A stretch of 64,000 nt of DNA from Pseudomonadota bacterium (lineage in GTDB: Bacteria > Desulfobacterota > Binatia > Binatales > Binataceae): the NCBI GenBank assembly GCA_021324855.1, contig JAJPIG010000006.1:32344-96343 (forward strand), read 5' to 3'. A program made the translations under genes and the position numbers. Below are positions 8,919 to 19,022 of this stretch, piece by piece (the stretch's first letter is position 1; every line of letters starts with the position of its first letter). The notes below the pieces were generated by a model that worked only from the letters and a program-made list of their open reading frames with translations, made no database searches and was not told where the DNA came from.

Positions 8919-10019
8919 ATGGAGCTCGGACTCTTCCTGATGCCCTCACATCCGCCGGAACGTGATTTCAGGACCGGCCAGGAATGGGACCTCGCGATGC
9001 TGCGGATGGCCGATGAGCTTGGCTATGCCGAGGCGTGGATCGGCGAGCATTTCACCGCGCCATGGGAACCCAACCCTGCCCCCGACGTGCTGATTGCACA
9101 GGCGCTGATGCAGACCAAGCGCATCAAGCTCGCCCCCGGTGCTCATCTGCTGCCCTATCATCATCCGGCTGAGCTCGCCTGTCGCGCCGCTTTTATGGAC
9201 CATCTGGCCCAGGGCCGTTACATGTTCGGCGTTGGCGCGGGCGGCCTGCCGAGCGATTGGAAACTATTCTGCGTCGATGGATGGGCCGGACAAAATCGCG
9301 ACATGACGCGCGAGTCGCTCGACATCATTTTGAAAATTTGGGAGTCCAACGGCGGACTCGAATACCAGGGCAAATACTGGAGCGTGAACGTGCCCAATCC
9401 GATGATGCGCAACTTCCGGCATCACGTGAAGCCGTTTCAGAAACCGCATCCTCCCATCGGCATCGCGGGCATCAGCCCCGGCTCTGAGACGCTCAAGCTC
9501 GCGGGCGAGCGCGGCTTCATCCCGATGAGTCTCAACCTGAGCGCGCGCTATGCGGCGACGCATTGGGAGGCGGTGATGGAAGGTGCGGCGCGGACCGGAC
9601 GCACGCCCGCGCGGCGCGACTGGCGGATGGTCCGCGAGACGCTGGTCGCCGATACCGACGAGGAGGCCTACGAAGCCTGCGTGCGCGGCCCGATCGGCCG
9701 GATGATGCGCCAGTACCTGCTACCGCTGATGGGCGACGTCGGGATCATCCAATATCTCAAGGATGATGAAAGCGTGCCGAACGATCGGATCACCCCCGAG
9801 TACCTGTTTGATCATGGATGGCTGGTCGGATCAGTCGCCACGGTCAGCCAAAAGCTCGAGCGGATGTATCAGCAGGTCGGCGGCTTCGGCACGCTGCTCT
9901 TGCTCGGTTTCGATTACGCGGATAATCCGGAGCCTTGGTTCAAGTCGATGCGCCTGATGGCGACGGAAGTGATTCCGCGTTTCATGAACTCGGGCGCCGA
10001 GAAATCTATCGCCGCGTGA
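8919..10019 (+). CDS. LLM-class (luciferase-like) flavin-dependent oxidoreductase
   Basis: ADELGYAEAWIGEH, LPYHHPAELA and KPFQKPHPPI motifs; GGAGG RBS. Confidence 0.9.
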   Translation: MELGLFLMPSHPPERDFRTGQEWDLAMLRMADELGYAEAWIGEHFTAPWEPNPAPDVLIAQALMQTKRIKLAPGAHLLPYHHPAELACRAAFMDHLAQGRYMFGVGAGGLPSDWKLFCVDGWAGQNRDMTRESLDIILKIWESNGGLEYQGKYWSVNVPNPMMRNFRHHVKPFQKPHPPIGIAGISPGSETLKLAGERGFIPMSLNLSARYAATHWEAVMEGAARTGRTPARRDWRMVRETLVADTDEEAYEACVRGPIGRMMRQYLLPLMGDVGIIQYLKDDESVPNDRITPEYLFDHGWLVGSVATVSQKLERMYQQVGGFGTLLLLGFDYADNPEPWFKSMRLMATEVIPRFMNSGAEKSIAA

Positions 10020-10121
10020 TTCGGCAATCGCGCCTCCACGCAGATTTCGCGGCGCGAGCGCTTGCCAAGCGCGTGCGAATATCGCTTGAATGAGGGACCC
10101 CAAGGAGGGTGCAGGGTAAAC

Positions 10122-10586
10122 ATGCCGTATCCATTTCGAGTCATTTTGAGTCCGTTGCAATTCGACGAGCATTCGGTGGCGGCGATGACGCTGGCCAAGG
10201 AGATGGCTGAGGCGAGCGGCGCGACCATTTACCTGCTTCACGTCGTGCCGATCCTGCCCGCGCTCGGCGAGGCGTCCATCACTGAGCACGTTGACAGTGT
10301 CGAAGAGCAGAAGGCGAACGCGATGCTCGAGGAGCTCGCGGACAAGTATCTCAAGGGCATCAAGCACGAGCGTATTGTCCGCGGCGCATTTCCCTCGGAG
10401 ACCGCGCACGCCGTCATTGAGGTCGCCAAGGAAATCAAGGCGGACTTGATCGTGATGGCGACGCATGGGCGCACCGGCCTGCCGCATTTCTTCATGGGCA
10501 GCGTGACCGAGGGGGTGATGCGCGGGGCGCCGTGTCCGGTGCTGACTATCAAGCCCGAGCATCTCGCTGGCCGCGTTCAGAAGTAG
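10122..10586 (+). CDS. Universal stress protein
   Basis: LLHVV and ADLIVMATHGRTG...GSVTEGVMRGAPCPVLTI motifs. Confidence 0.92.
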   Translation: MPYPFRVILSPLQFDEHSVAAMTLAKEMAEASGATIYLLHVVPILPALGEASITEHVDSVEEQKANAMLEELADKYLKGIKHERIVRGAFPSETAHAVIEVAKEIKADLIVMATHGRTGLPHFFMGSVTEGVMRGAPCPVLTIKPEHLAGRVQK

Positions 10587-10606
10587 CTATCGGGCGGCTT
10601 GGGGAG

Positions 10607-11617
10607 TCAGTCGATAATCGCGAGATCGTAAGCGGGCGGCAGTTTGTCGGCGATCGCCGAGACGTGTTCGCCCGCGCCGTCCGAACGAATCACCCCGCCG
10701 CCATTCAACACGCCGAAGAAATCGCCAGGGCTCAGGGGATCTTCGCGCAGCCGCATCACCATCGAGCGCATCCCGCCGCCCTCGGCTTCGATCATCCGGA
10801 AGCTTCGTCCATAATCGTCGCTGCGAAAAAATCGCGCGTCAGCGCCCGACGGCCGCGACCAACTTGGCGGCGGTCCTGCGGCGGCAGCGGTATAGATCGC
10901 GCGGTGGCCGTCGCCTTCGACGAGCAGCGGCACGGTATAAGTGCGATTCAGCCCGGCAGTGATATGCCGCCACGATCCGCCCGCATCCTGCGAGAGATAA
11001 AAGCCATCACCCGTCGTCGCATAGAGGCGGCGCGAATCGGCCGGATCGACGACGACCGTATGAATGTCGGTGTAGATGCCGCGGTTGAGCGGTTCGAAGC
11101 TCTCACCGAGATCGCGCGAACGGTAAACGCCACCCTCCTCAACGCCGATGTACATCGTGGAGCTGCGGTTGGGATCGAACGAAATCGATCGGATATGCGG
11201 AATGTGCGGCGGCGGCGGAAACGACCATCGATCGCGTCCGGGAACCTTGTTGAATGCCGTGCACTCGCGAAATTTTCGTCCCTGATCGCTGCTGCGAAAG
11301 AGTCGCGCGTGCGATGTGCCGACGAAAATCTCGCCGGGAATTGGCGGCGCGCCCAAGGCCCATACATCTTCGTCTGTGCCGAGGTTGGGCGTGATGTCAG
11401 TCCAGTTGCGGCCGCCGTCGCGCGAACGCGCAAGCGCGCCGCGTCCGCGCCCCGACGCCATGAAGCCGTTCGCGCCGGCGTAGATGACGTTGGGATCGCC
11501 CGTATCCTGCGCCATGCACCAGATCGCCGACGGCTCCGCCAGCGCCATCAGTGGCGCACCGGCGCGCGCGGGATCGAGAATCACAACGCCCTTCGTGGTG
11601 CCGACGCAGAGTTTCAT
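10607..11617 (-). CDS. BNR/Asp-box repeat beta-propeller protein (glycosyl hydrolase-like, no signal peptide)
   Basis: Repeats SRDGGRNW, SSDQGRKF, SRDLGESF, SQDAGGSW and SDDYGRSF; GGAGG RBS before ATG 11617. Confidence 0.8.
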   Translation of the reverse strand: MKLCVGTTKGVVILDPARAGAPLMALAEPSAIWCMAQDTGDPNVIYAGANGFMASGRGRGALARSRDGGRNWTDITPNLGTDEDVWALGAPPIPGEIFVGTSHARLFRSSDQGRKFRECTAFNKVPGRDRWSFPPPPHIPHIRSISFDPNRSSTMYIGVEEGGVYRSRDLGESFEPLNRGIYTDIHTVVVDPADSRRLYATTGDGFYLSQDAGGSWRHITAGLNRTYTVPLLVEGDGHRAIYTAAAAGPPPSWSRPSGADARFFRSDDYGRSFRMIEAEGGGMRSMVMRLREDPLSPGDFFGVLNGGGVIRSDGAGEHVSAIADKLPPAYDLAIID

Positions 11618-11728
11618 ATTATCCCCTCCCCACGTCCCAATCGTTCGGCAGCGGAAGCTGGTCAACCCGGTAGCAGGTGAAACCGAATCTACTCCAAAGT
11701 CGGCACGACAGAAACGGGGTGTCGAGCG

Positions 11729-12646
11729 TCAGCTCAGTCGCATACCGGGGCTTAAGCCTTCGGCTGCGAGTTCGGCGGGGGGAGCCTTGCGCGTTGTGTC
11801 GACGAACCGCGCGCGCTTTACGAGCATCGTTGCGCCGTTGAGAGCGATTTTCATCCCGTTCCCGTCGATCGCGACGATCATTCCCGCCTCTGCCCCCGGA
11901 ACCGGTTCAGCGAGGCGCGCATCATAGAGCGCGATCCGCCGCGCGCCGAGCGCGGCATGCGCGCCGGGTTGCGGATCACATCCGCGCACCAAATTATAAA
12001 CTTCGCGGGCGGAGCGGGAGAAATCGATTTTCGCATGTTCGGCGCGGCATGGCGGCTCGTAGCTCGCAAGGCTTTCGTCCTGCGCGATCGCGGGCGCACG
12101 TCCGCTCTTGATAAGGTCGATCGCTTCGGAGAGCGTCTCGATGCCGAGCGGAAAAATGCGGTTGAAGTAGAGCGAGCCAGTGGAATCGTCGGGGCCGATT
12201 GGCACCGCGCGTTGAATCAGGATGGGGCCGGTGTCGATGCCGCGATCGGGCCAGAACCAAGTGACGCCGGTCTCGGCATCCCCGTTAATAATCGCCCAGT
12301 TGATCGCGCTTGCTCCGCGCCGCTTCGGCAGAAGCGAGGGATGAAAGCAGATCGACTTAAAACGCGGCGCGTAGAGCAGCCGTTCGGGCACGATGATCGT
12401 CACGAAGGCGAGCACCGCCAGGTCGGCATCGAGTCCGACGAAATGCCGATACGCCTCATCGCCCTTGAACGACCGCGGCTGGCTCACCGGGAGTCCAAGC
12501 TCGCGGGCCTTGACCGTCAGCGGGTCGGGACGGCCCGAAGGCGCGTCGGGCGGCGCGAAGACATGGACGACCTGCTCGCCGCGGCTATGGAGCATCTCCA
12601 GGGCTTTTTCGGCAAACGCGGCCTGTCCAATCAGCGCGATTCGCAA
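11729..12646 (-). CDS. Formyltransferase family protein (Fmt-like; resembles 10-formyl-THF dehydrogenase hydrolase domain)
   Basis: HPSLLP..RGASAINW and GIDTGPI motifs plus an Fmt C-terminal domain; TTG start with GGAGG RBS. Confidence 0.85.
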   Translation of the reverse strand: MRIALIGQAAFAEKALEMLHSRGEQVVHVFAPPDAPSGRPDPLTVKARELGLPVSQPRSFKGDEAYRHFVGLDADLAVLAFVTIIVPERLLYAPRFKSICFHPSLLPKRRGASAINWAIINGDAETGVTWFWPDRGIDTGPILIQRAVPIGPDDSTGSLYFNRIFPLGIETLSEAIDLIKSGRAPAIAQDESLASYEPPCRAEHAKIDFSRSAREVYNLVRGCDPQPGAHAALGARRIALYDARLAEPVPGAEAGMIVAIDGNGMKIALNGATMLVKRARFVDTTRKAPPAELAAEGLSPGMRLS

Positions 12647-12935
12647 GCGTCACCTCCGAATCGTCATGACGCTAGCAAATCAGGTCATCGCGCGCATCCG
12701 GGACTGCCGCTAGCCCGGCGCGCACAGGGATGTTCTAATATCGCTCGCCCGTGGAGGCTTCGAGCCGACCTTGCCACAGACATTTCAACGGCGCGTAACA
12801 GTTGCTCAATCTTTCCAAGCTGAAATCGAATGCCGGATGTGACAGCCTGTGTCCGCCGCGGCGCCTAATTGGGTAACGGTGAGACATGATGAGTAATCCT
12901 GTGTGCGCGATCGCCGGGAGAAGTTACAACGCTAC

Positions 12936-14753
12936 ATGAAACTTAACCGCTTCATACCACTGATCCTGCTGGTGATTGTTGCCGCCTCTACTTCATCGGC
13001 GTCTGCGGCGCTGACCGCGCACGCCAGGGGACGCATCTTCGTCCTGATGGTCTGGGACGGGCTGCGTTACGATCTGGTCAACCAGCACGACACGCCGAAT
13101 CTTTACGCGCTTGAACACGAAGGCGTCAGCTTTCCCGACCATCACGCGATCTTCCCGACGGTGACGATGGCGAACGCGGCTGCGATCGCGACCGGATATA
13201 CGCCGGGTGGTTCCGGCATTTTCGGTGACGGATTTTACGTGCCTTCGGCGATCGCCGCACTGGGCCCCAAAGCGCCGGCGAAAGCGATGGTGAAGGGAAT
13301 CAATCTGGAGAATACCCCCGTTATGATCAGCCTCAACCAGCCGGCTATTCTCGATGGCACGCTGGTCGAGGCAATGGGCATCGGCCAGCGGGTAAGGCTT
13401 GCGCACGGTTACGTTGCGGTCTCAGGGAAGTCCGGTCCGACGTTCATGTTCGACAGCAATGATTTCACGGCCGCCGGCGGCAGGAATTCGAACTGCAACC
13501 TGATCGTCGACGATCTGGCGCTTGGGCCTGCGCAGCTCAAAACGTTCGGTCCCCCGCCGCCGAAAACCGCACCCGGACTTTTCTATGGCGCGCGCGATGC
13601 CTGGTACACCGACGCGCTGATCGACCAGCTTCCGTCCGCGATTGCCGCAAGCAATCGCGGTCATCCGGCGTTGCTGGTGCTATGGGAGCGCAATCCCGAC
13701 TGCACGCAGCATCGCGATGGTCTCGGCACCGAGGAAGCGCTTGAAGCGCTGAGCCGCGACGATCAGAACCTCGGTCGCCTGCGCATCGCGATCAACACAA
13801 GGCATATTGCCGATCGGACCGACCTGATGGTGGTGTCCGATCACGGGTTCGTCACGCTGCGGGATGCGCTCTGGGTGTCCGATCTGCTGGTTGCCGCAGG
13901 CCTCAAGAAATCGCGCGAGAGCACCGATGTGGTTGCGGTCGGCGATCAGGGAAGCGAGTTGATCTATCTTTCGAAAACGGCCTTTCCGTCGCTTGCCGCG
14001 CGCAAGGAGCGCTTGCAGAAGATTGTCAATTTTGTTTCCGCACAGCCCTGGTCCGGACCTATCTTTTCCCGCGACGAGGAACCCCGCTTCGCGGCGCACG
14101 GCGTGGAAGGTTGGATTGCAGGAACTTTCGACGATCGCGTGGTCGGGTTAAACGGTTCGCGCAGAGCGCCCGACCTGATCATTTCGATGCGCGAGAACTC
14201 CGACGAGAGCAACTCATCGCTGACCGGACCGGACCAGCCCGCGTTTTTGATCGGTCCGAAAGGTCGCATGCCGGCGAAGAATCATTCCGATGCCCTGGTG
14301 CGCCCGATTATTGGAACGATAGACGCCGACGCATCGGATAAGTTCACCACCGGCATGGGCGCACACGGCGCGATTGGCCGGCGTGAGATTCATAACTTTT
14401 GCGCGGCGGTGGGCCCTGATTTCCGCCGCCATTTCGTCGATCCCTATCCGACCGGCAACACCGATGTCGCACCGACCATCGCACACGTTCTCGGCTTGCG
14501 CCCGCCGCACACGGTTAACTCGTCGGGCTGGGCAGGACGCGTGATGAGCGAGGCGCTGGTGCGCGGCAGCCATCATCACACGTTGGCGAAGCCGATGACA
14601 ATAGTCGAGCGTCGCGATTTGCCGCCGTTCAGCATCGAGACGCGGCTGCTGTTCACCAGTTTCGACGGTCATCGTTATCTCGACGACGCCCGGATTGAAC
14701 GCCATCCGCTGCCCGATTTACAACCGATCAAATCTTCCGCGCCTTCACCATAA
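12936..14753 (+). CDS. Secreted alkaline phosphatase superfamily / nucleotide pyrophosphatase-phosphodiesterase
   Basis: Signal peptide; WDGLR, FPTVT (Thr nucleophile), PDCTQH, SDHG and GAHG metal motifs. Confidence 0.88.
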   Translation: MKLNRFIPLILLVIVAASTSSASAALTAHARGRIFVLMVWDGLRYDLVNQHDTPNLYALEHEGVSFPDHHAIFPTVTMANAAAIATGYTPGGSGIFGDGFYVPSAIAALGPKAPAKAMVKGINLENTPVMISLNQPAILDGTLVEAMGIGQRVRLAHGYVAVSGKSGPTFMFDSNDFTAAGGRNSNCNLIVDDLALGPAQLKTFGPPPPKTAPGLFYGARDAWYTDALIDQLPSAIAASNRGHPALLVLWERNPDCTQHRDGLGTEEALEALSRDDQNLGRLRIAINTRHIADRTDLMVVSDHGFVTLRDALWVSDLLVAAGLKKSRESTDVVAVGDQGSELIYLSKTAFPSLAARKERLQKIVNFVSAQPWSGPIFSRDEEPRFAAHGVEGWIAGTFDDRVVGLNGSRRAPDLIISMRENSDESNSSLTGPDQPAFLIGPKGRMPAKNHSDALVRPIIGTIDADASDKFTTGMGAHGAIGRREIHNFCAAVGPDFRRHFVDPYPTGNTDVAPTIAHVLGLRPPHTVNSSGWAGRVMSEALVRGSHHHTLAKPMTIVERRDLPPFSIETRLLFTSFDGHRYLDDARIERHPLPDLQPIKSSAPSP

Positions 14754-15315
14754 TCGACTTCCAGAGCCACGGGACGCGGCCCCTTCCGCGCCATTCGATC
14801 GGTTCGAAGCCCGCTTCGCGGAGCGCAATAGTGAGCGTGCGGCGCGACCAGAATTTGATATGGCCGCCCTCGACGAGCGCATCGTGATGAAAATCCCAAT
14901 CACCAGCTAGGCTGATGGCCACGTTCTTAAGCCAGCCATGGTAGGGTGTGCTTAGAATCAGCGTCGCACCGGGAGCCATCACCGCGCTGAGATTTCGCAG
15001 CGCCGTCCGCGGACGGTAGAGATGCTCGATAACTTCGATCGAGATGACGGCATCGAAGCGCACGCGATCGTTGAGCGGCAATAATTCCAACGAGCCGGCA
15101 ATGAGATCCCATCCTGGATTGGTTTTGGACCTGATTACCGACTGATCGAAATCTCGAGTCGGAAAGTCGATCCCGGTCACTCGGTAGCCCAGCGCGGCCA
15201 TTCGTGAGGCGAGCTGACCCTGGCCGCATCCAGCATCGAGCACGGCGCAAGGCGCGGCGGGCAACCATCGCGCCACGATTGGCCAAATCATCGGATGATG
15301 TTGACGTTCGTTCAC
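14728..15315 (-). CDS. Class I SAM-dependent methyltransferase (UbiG-like)
   Basis: VLDAGCGQG, EVIEHLY, STPYHG and GGHIKFWS motifs; GTG start overlaps the upstream stop. Confidence 0.85.
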   Translation of the reverse strand: MNERQHHPMIWPIVARWLPAAPCAVLDAGCGQGQLASRMAALGYRVTGIDFPTRDFDQSVIRSKTNPGWDLIAGSLELLPLNDRVRFDAVISIEVIEHLYRPRTALRNLSAVMAPGATLILSTPYHGWLKNVAISLAGDWDFHHDALVEGGHIKFWSRRTLTIALREAGFEPIEWRGRGRVPWLWKSIMVKARKI

Positions 15316-16667
15316 GAGCGAGGTTCTCCGGTCATCAGAAGCGCATTTATCGGCGCCGGCGTGCTCGCAGCGGTTGCTGCGGCGTCGATGCCGTAACTCG
15401 CGGCCATTGCAAAAGCCGTCAGATTGACGAGCGAGATCGCCAACTTCGCGCGATCTCCCAAAATCAGGTGGCCTTCGACCAGCCCGCGCACATAAGTGAG
15501 ATCGAGGAACACGTAGGCCATGTTCAGCATCAGGGTTATGCTCAGCAAGACGTAAAGCGCCGGCAGCGTTCGCGACCGGAACATCACAGGCGCCAGCAGC
15601 GCCACCGCATAGTAAAGATAACGCTCGTGCATCCGCGGCGCGAAAACGAACATTCCGAAGTAGACCATAAAGACTGCGAAGACGAGACCCCAGGCGTCGC
15701 GTTTCCAAAGCGTGATCCATCCGGCGAGCACGTATGTCGCGCCAAACAGAACGTTGCCAAGCAGAAAATACGATACCGGTCCAAACAGCCGGTCGCTGTC
15801 CATCCTGATAAGCCCGCCCAGCGCGAGCATCAGGTTGAACGCGTTGACCGACGCCCACGGAAAAAAGCCGAGCGAGCTGCTGAAAACGTCGTAGATGAAT
15901 CGCCACGGATGTCCGACCTGAAACGGCGCGATCACGACGATCGCTGCGATGACCGCTCCCAGAGCGCTTTTGAGCCATTCCCGAAATCGCGCATCGATTA
16001 GCGTCCACCACGCGAGAATCGGCAGCAGCATGAGGCCCTGCGCCTTGATCAGCGCCGCAACGATCGCGATCGCCCACGCCAGCGCGTACCGCGACTGAAG
16101 CGCCATCACGAGGCTCAGCATCACCGGAAACGCAATCGCCGAATCGTTCTGGCCCCAGAACGTGCTCGTGTAGGCGAGGGTGGGATTCAAAGCCACCATC
16201 AGACTGGCCGGCAGCGCGAAACGATTACCGCTTGCGAGCCGAGCAGCAGCATAGACCGTGATCGCGAGCAGAAAATCCGCTATGACCGCGGGGCTCTCGA
16301 TGAAAATCCGCAGGTATTCGGGCCGGTCCGGCGCGAACGCCGCCGCCGGCCACAGCGCGTACAGATAGGCCGGCGTGTAGCGGCAGACGAATTGGGGCGC
16401 ATAGACATATGCCGGCCCGAACTGCGCCATCGCACGGCCCCAAGTCACGAACTGCATAATATCGACGGTAACGCCCGAAAGGCGCCGCAGCGAGACAAGC
16501 TTGACGATCGTGATCGCCGCCGCGATCGCCAGGGCCCACACGAAGCGCCGGTCGCGTTCACGGACCATCGGGGCGATCGCCAGCGCCATCGCGACCGCGA
16601 AAAGCGCGAGCAGCGCCAGTCCGCAAATCAAGCCGAGCGTGTAACTGAGATGATCGGCCGCGAGCAT
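15312..16667 (-). CDS. Polytopic GT-C membrane glycosyltransferase (mannosyltransferase-like)
   Basis: About 11-12 TM segments; loop Asp (VDIMQF..WG); YTPAYLY, WGQND and MHERY motifs. Confidence 0.78.
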   Translation of the reverse strand: MLAADHLSYTLGLICGLALLALFAVAMALAIAPMVRERDRRFVWALAIAAAITIVKLVSLRRLSGVTVDIMQFVTWGRAMAQFGPAYVYAPQFVCRYTPAYLYALWPAAAFAPDRPEYLRIFIESPAVIADFLLAITVYAAARLASGNRFALPASLMVALNPTLAYTSTFWGQNDSAIAFPVMLSLVMALQSRYALAWAIAIVAALIKAQGLMLLPILAWWTLIDARFREWLKSALGAVIAAIVVIAPFQVGHPWRFIYDVFSSSLGFFPWASVNAFNLMLALGGLIRMDSDRLFGPVSYFLLGNVLFGATYVLAGWITLWKRDAWGLVFAVFMVYFGMFVFAPRMHERYLYYAVALLAPVMFRSRTLPALYVLLSITLMLNMAYVFLDLTYVRGLVEGHLILGDRAKLAISLVNLTAFAMAASYGIDAAATAASTPAPINALLMTGEPRS

Positions 16668-16823
16668 CGGACGAGACTAGTTCAACGGGCGTCCGTCGAT
16701 CCAATCTTTGGCGGCCGCCAAATCGCGCGGATCGGCCGCCGTGGAATTGCTATGGTTAACGCGAGCCGAAGTACGGTTCAGGGGGATTGTGGGCGCGACG
16801 ACGAGGACCAAGGGAGAGCTTCG

Positions 16824-18569
16824 ATGATCAAACGCTTCTTTCGCTGGATTCTGAGGCTGATCGTTCTTGCGATCGTGCTTTTCGTGATCGCGATCATAGT
16901 CGATTTTGTCAATCATCGCGTGAAGCCCAACTCGGTGCTGGTCGTCAAGCTCGACGGCCAGGTGGTCGAGCGCGAAACGGGTCTCGCCGGCTTTGTGAGC
17001 GAACAGGACACGCCGCTTAATCTCGTGCGCAAGGCGTTGACCCGCGGCGCCAAAGACCCGCGCATCAGCGGGCTCGCCGTCGAAGTGTTCGATCCGCAGA
17101 TGGAGCTCGCGCAGGCGCAGGAGATCTGCGCGATGATCCGAGACTTCGCCGCGCATGGCAAATGGACCGCCGCTTACCTTGAATCGGCGGGCGAGTCCGG
17201 ACCCGGCAATACGCCGTACCTTGTAGCAAGCGCAGCCGGCGAGCTCTCGATGATGCCCCAGGGCGAGCTCAACCTGATCGGCGTGAGTATCCGCGAGTTA
17301 TTCGCGCGCGGCACTCTCGATTGGATTGGCGTCGACCCGCAGATGTACGCCATCGGCAAGTACAAGACCGCCGCCAATGTCTTTACCGAGAAGGATTTCA
17401 CGCCGGCACAGCGCGAAGAGGACGAGGCGCTGGTCGGCGACATGTTCGATCAGATCGTGGAGCAGACCGCGCAACAACGGCGGCTGAAACCCGAGGTCGT
17501 GAAGACCATCGTCGACCAGGCGCCGCTCACCGCCGAGGAAGGGCTTCAGGACAAGCTCGTCGACCACCTCGAATATCACGATCAGTTCCGCGATCGCATT
17601 GAGCATCGCGGCGGCAAGGACCATCCGATCCTCAAGTATACCGATTACACGCGCGAGTACCTGATTCCGCCGCTCCGGCATAATCAAGCCCGCATCGCGG
17701 TGATCTACGGCGACGGCGCCATTGAACGCGGCGAGGGCGGTTTCGATCCGCTGCTGTCCCCGGGCGGCGAGGCGATGGGGTCGGACGAGATGATCAAGGC
17801 GTTTCGCGATGCGCGCGAGGACGACAGCGTGCGCGCGGTGATTTTCCGAATCAACTCGCCGGGCGGCTCGGTAGTCGGCTCCGAGCTGATTCGCCGCGCG
17901 GTCGAGCTTACCGCGAAAAAGAAGCCGGTGGTGGTGAGTATGTCGGGTTACGGCGCGTCAGGCGGCTACTGGGTGGCGACGCCCGCCAATCGGGTGATCG
18001 CGGAGCCGGGAACCATCACGGGATCGATCGGCGTCCTGGGCGGCAAGTTCAATATCTCGGGCGCAGCGACCAAGCTCGGCATCAACACCGGAGACGTCTC
18101 GCGCGGCGCAAATGTCACGATGTTCGACGCGTTCACCAATTTCACGCCGGCGCAGGCCAAAATCTTTCAGGATCAGATTCTCGGCAACACTTACAAGCAG
18201 TTCCTCAAAATCGTGGCCGCCCAGCGCCACATGACAGTCGAGCAGGTTGACGGGGTCGCGCAAGGACGCGTCTGGACCGGCGATCAGGCGCTCAAGAACA
18301 AGCTCATCGATGCGCTAGGCGGTTTCGATGTGGCGCTCGCAGAGGCGCGGCGCCTGGCGAAGCTCGGCCCCCAGCAGCCGATCGAGTTCGTCGAGTTGCC
18401 CGAACTTCCAAGCCTGCTGGATCGTCTTACCGGCGGCAGACAGACCACTTCTACGCTCCTGAGTCCGTCGATGATGCGCATGCTCGCGCCCGCGATCCGA
18501 ATTGCGCGGGCCGCGATGATCCGCGAAACGATCGGCCAAGTCTATTGTCCGCTCGTGCCAACCCTGTGA
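16824..18569 (+). CDS. sppA: Signal peptide peptidase SppA (long type)
   Basis: N-terminal TM; GKYKTA, RINSPGGS, ASGGYW, TITGSIGV and AQGRVWTG motifs. Confidence 0.93.
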   Translation: MIKRFFRWILRLIVLAIVLFVIAIIVDFVNHRVKPNSVLVVKLDGQVVERETGLAGFVSEQDTPLNLVRKALTRGAKDPRISGLAVEVFDPQMELAQAQEICAMIRDFAAHGKWTAAYLESAGESGPGNTPYLVASAAGELSMMPQGELNLIGVSIRELFARGTLDWIGVDPQMYAIGKYKTAANVFTEKDFTPAQREEDEALVGDMFDQIVEQTAQQRRLKPEVVKTIVDQAPLTAEEGLQDKLVDHLEYHDQFRDRIEHRGGKDHPILKYTDYTREYLIPPLRHNQARIAVIYGDGAIERGEGGFDPLLSPGGEAMGSDEMIKAFRDAREDDSVRAVIFRINSPGGSVVGSELIRRAVELTAKKKPVVVSMSGYGASGGYWVATPANRVIAEPGTITGSIGVLGGKFNISGAATKLGINTGDVSRGANVTMFDAFTNFTPAQAKIFQDQILGNTYKQFLKIVAAQRHMTVEQVDGVAQGRVWTGDQALKNKLIDALGGFDVALAEARRLAKLGPQQPIEFVELPELPSLLDRLTGGRQTTSTLLSPSMMRMLAPAIRIARAAMIRETIGQVYCPLVPTL

Positions 18570-18594
18570 GCCTGCACAAAAAAAGGGAGCGACT

Positions 18595-19011
18595 ATGGAT
18601 TCGGAACTCGAAAATTTTCTTAATTTGATGGGCGAGGCAGAGCGGGCCGGCGGGCGCGTGCTGCACGAGCTGACCGCGCTCGCAAGTTCGGCTGAGCTCC
18701 GCGAGCTGCTCAAAAAGGTTGGCCACGATGAAGGCTACTATGCCGGGGAGCTGGCGGCGCACGTCCGCCGGCTTGGCGGTAACCCCTCAAATCGCACCGG
18801 CGATTTCGTCGACAAGGTACGCGCGCTGCCCGATTTGCGCGGCAAGCTCGAGCTTCTGAATCGCGGTCAGCGCTGGGTGATTCGGAAGATCAGCGAGCAG
18901 ACGCCGTCGATCACAGACGAGAGCTTACGCGCGTTTCTGATCGTGATGGCGCAGGGGCACGAGATGAACATCGGCGCGCTCGAAGCCGCCCTCGCCCGCG
19001 GCCTCCAGTAG
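18595..19011 (+). CDS. Ferritin-like four-helix protein (DUF6306-like)
   Basis: EAERAG, HDE, LLNRGQRWV and H..NI motifs; GGGAG RBS. Confidence 0.7.
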   Translation: MDSELENFLNLMGEAERAGGRVLHELTALASSAELRELLKKVGHDEGYYAGELAAHVRRLGGNPSNRTGDFVDKVRALPDLRGKLELLNRGQRWVIRKISEQTPSITDESLRAFLIVMAQGHEMNIGALEAALARGLQ

Positions 19012-19022
19012 CGTCGTTGATC

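Noticed and set aside
15316-16077. N-terminal extension making the methyltransferase 449 aa
   Set aside because: Out-of-frame overlap with the GT-C gene; the real start is the coupled GTG at 15315
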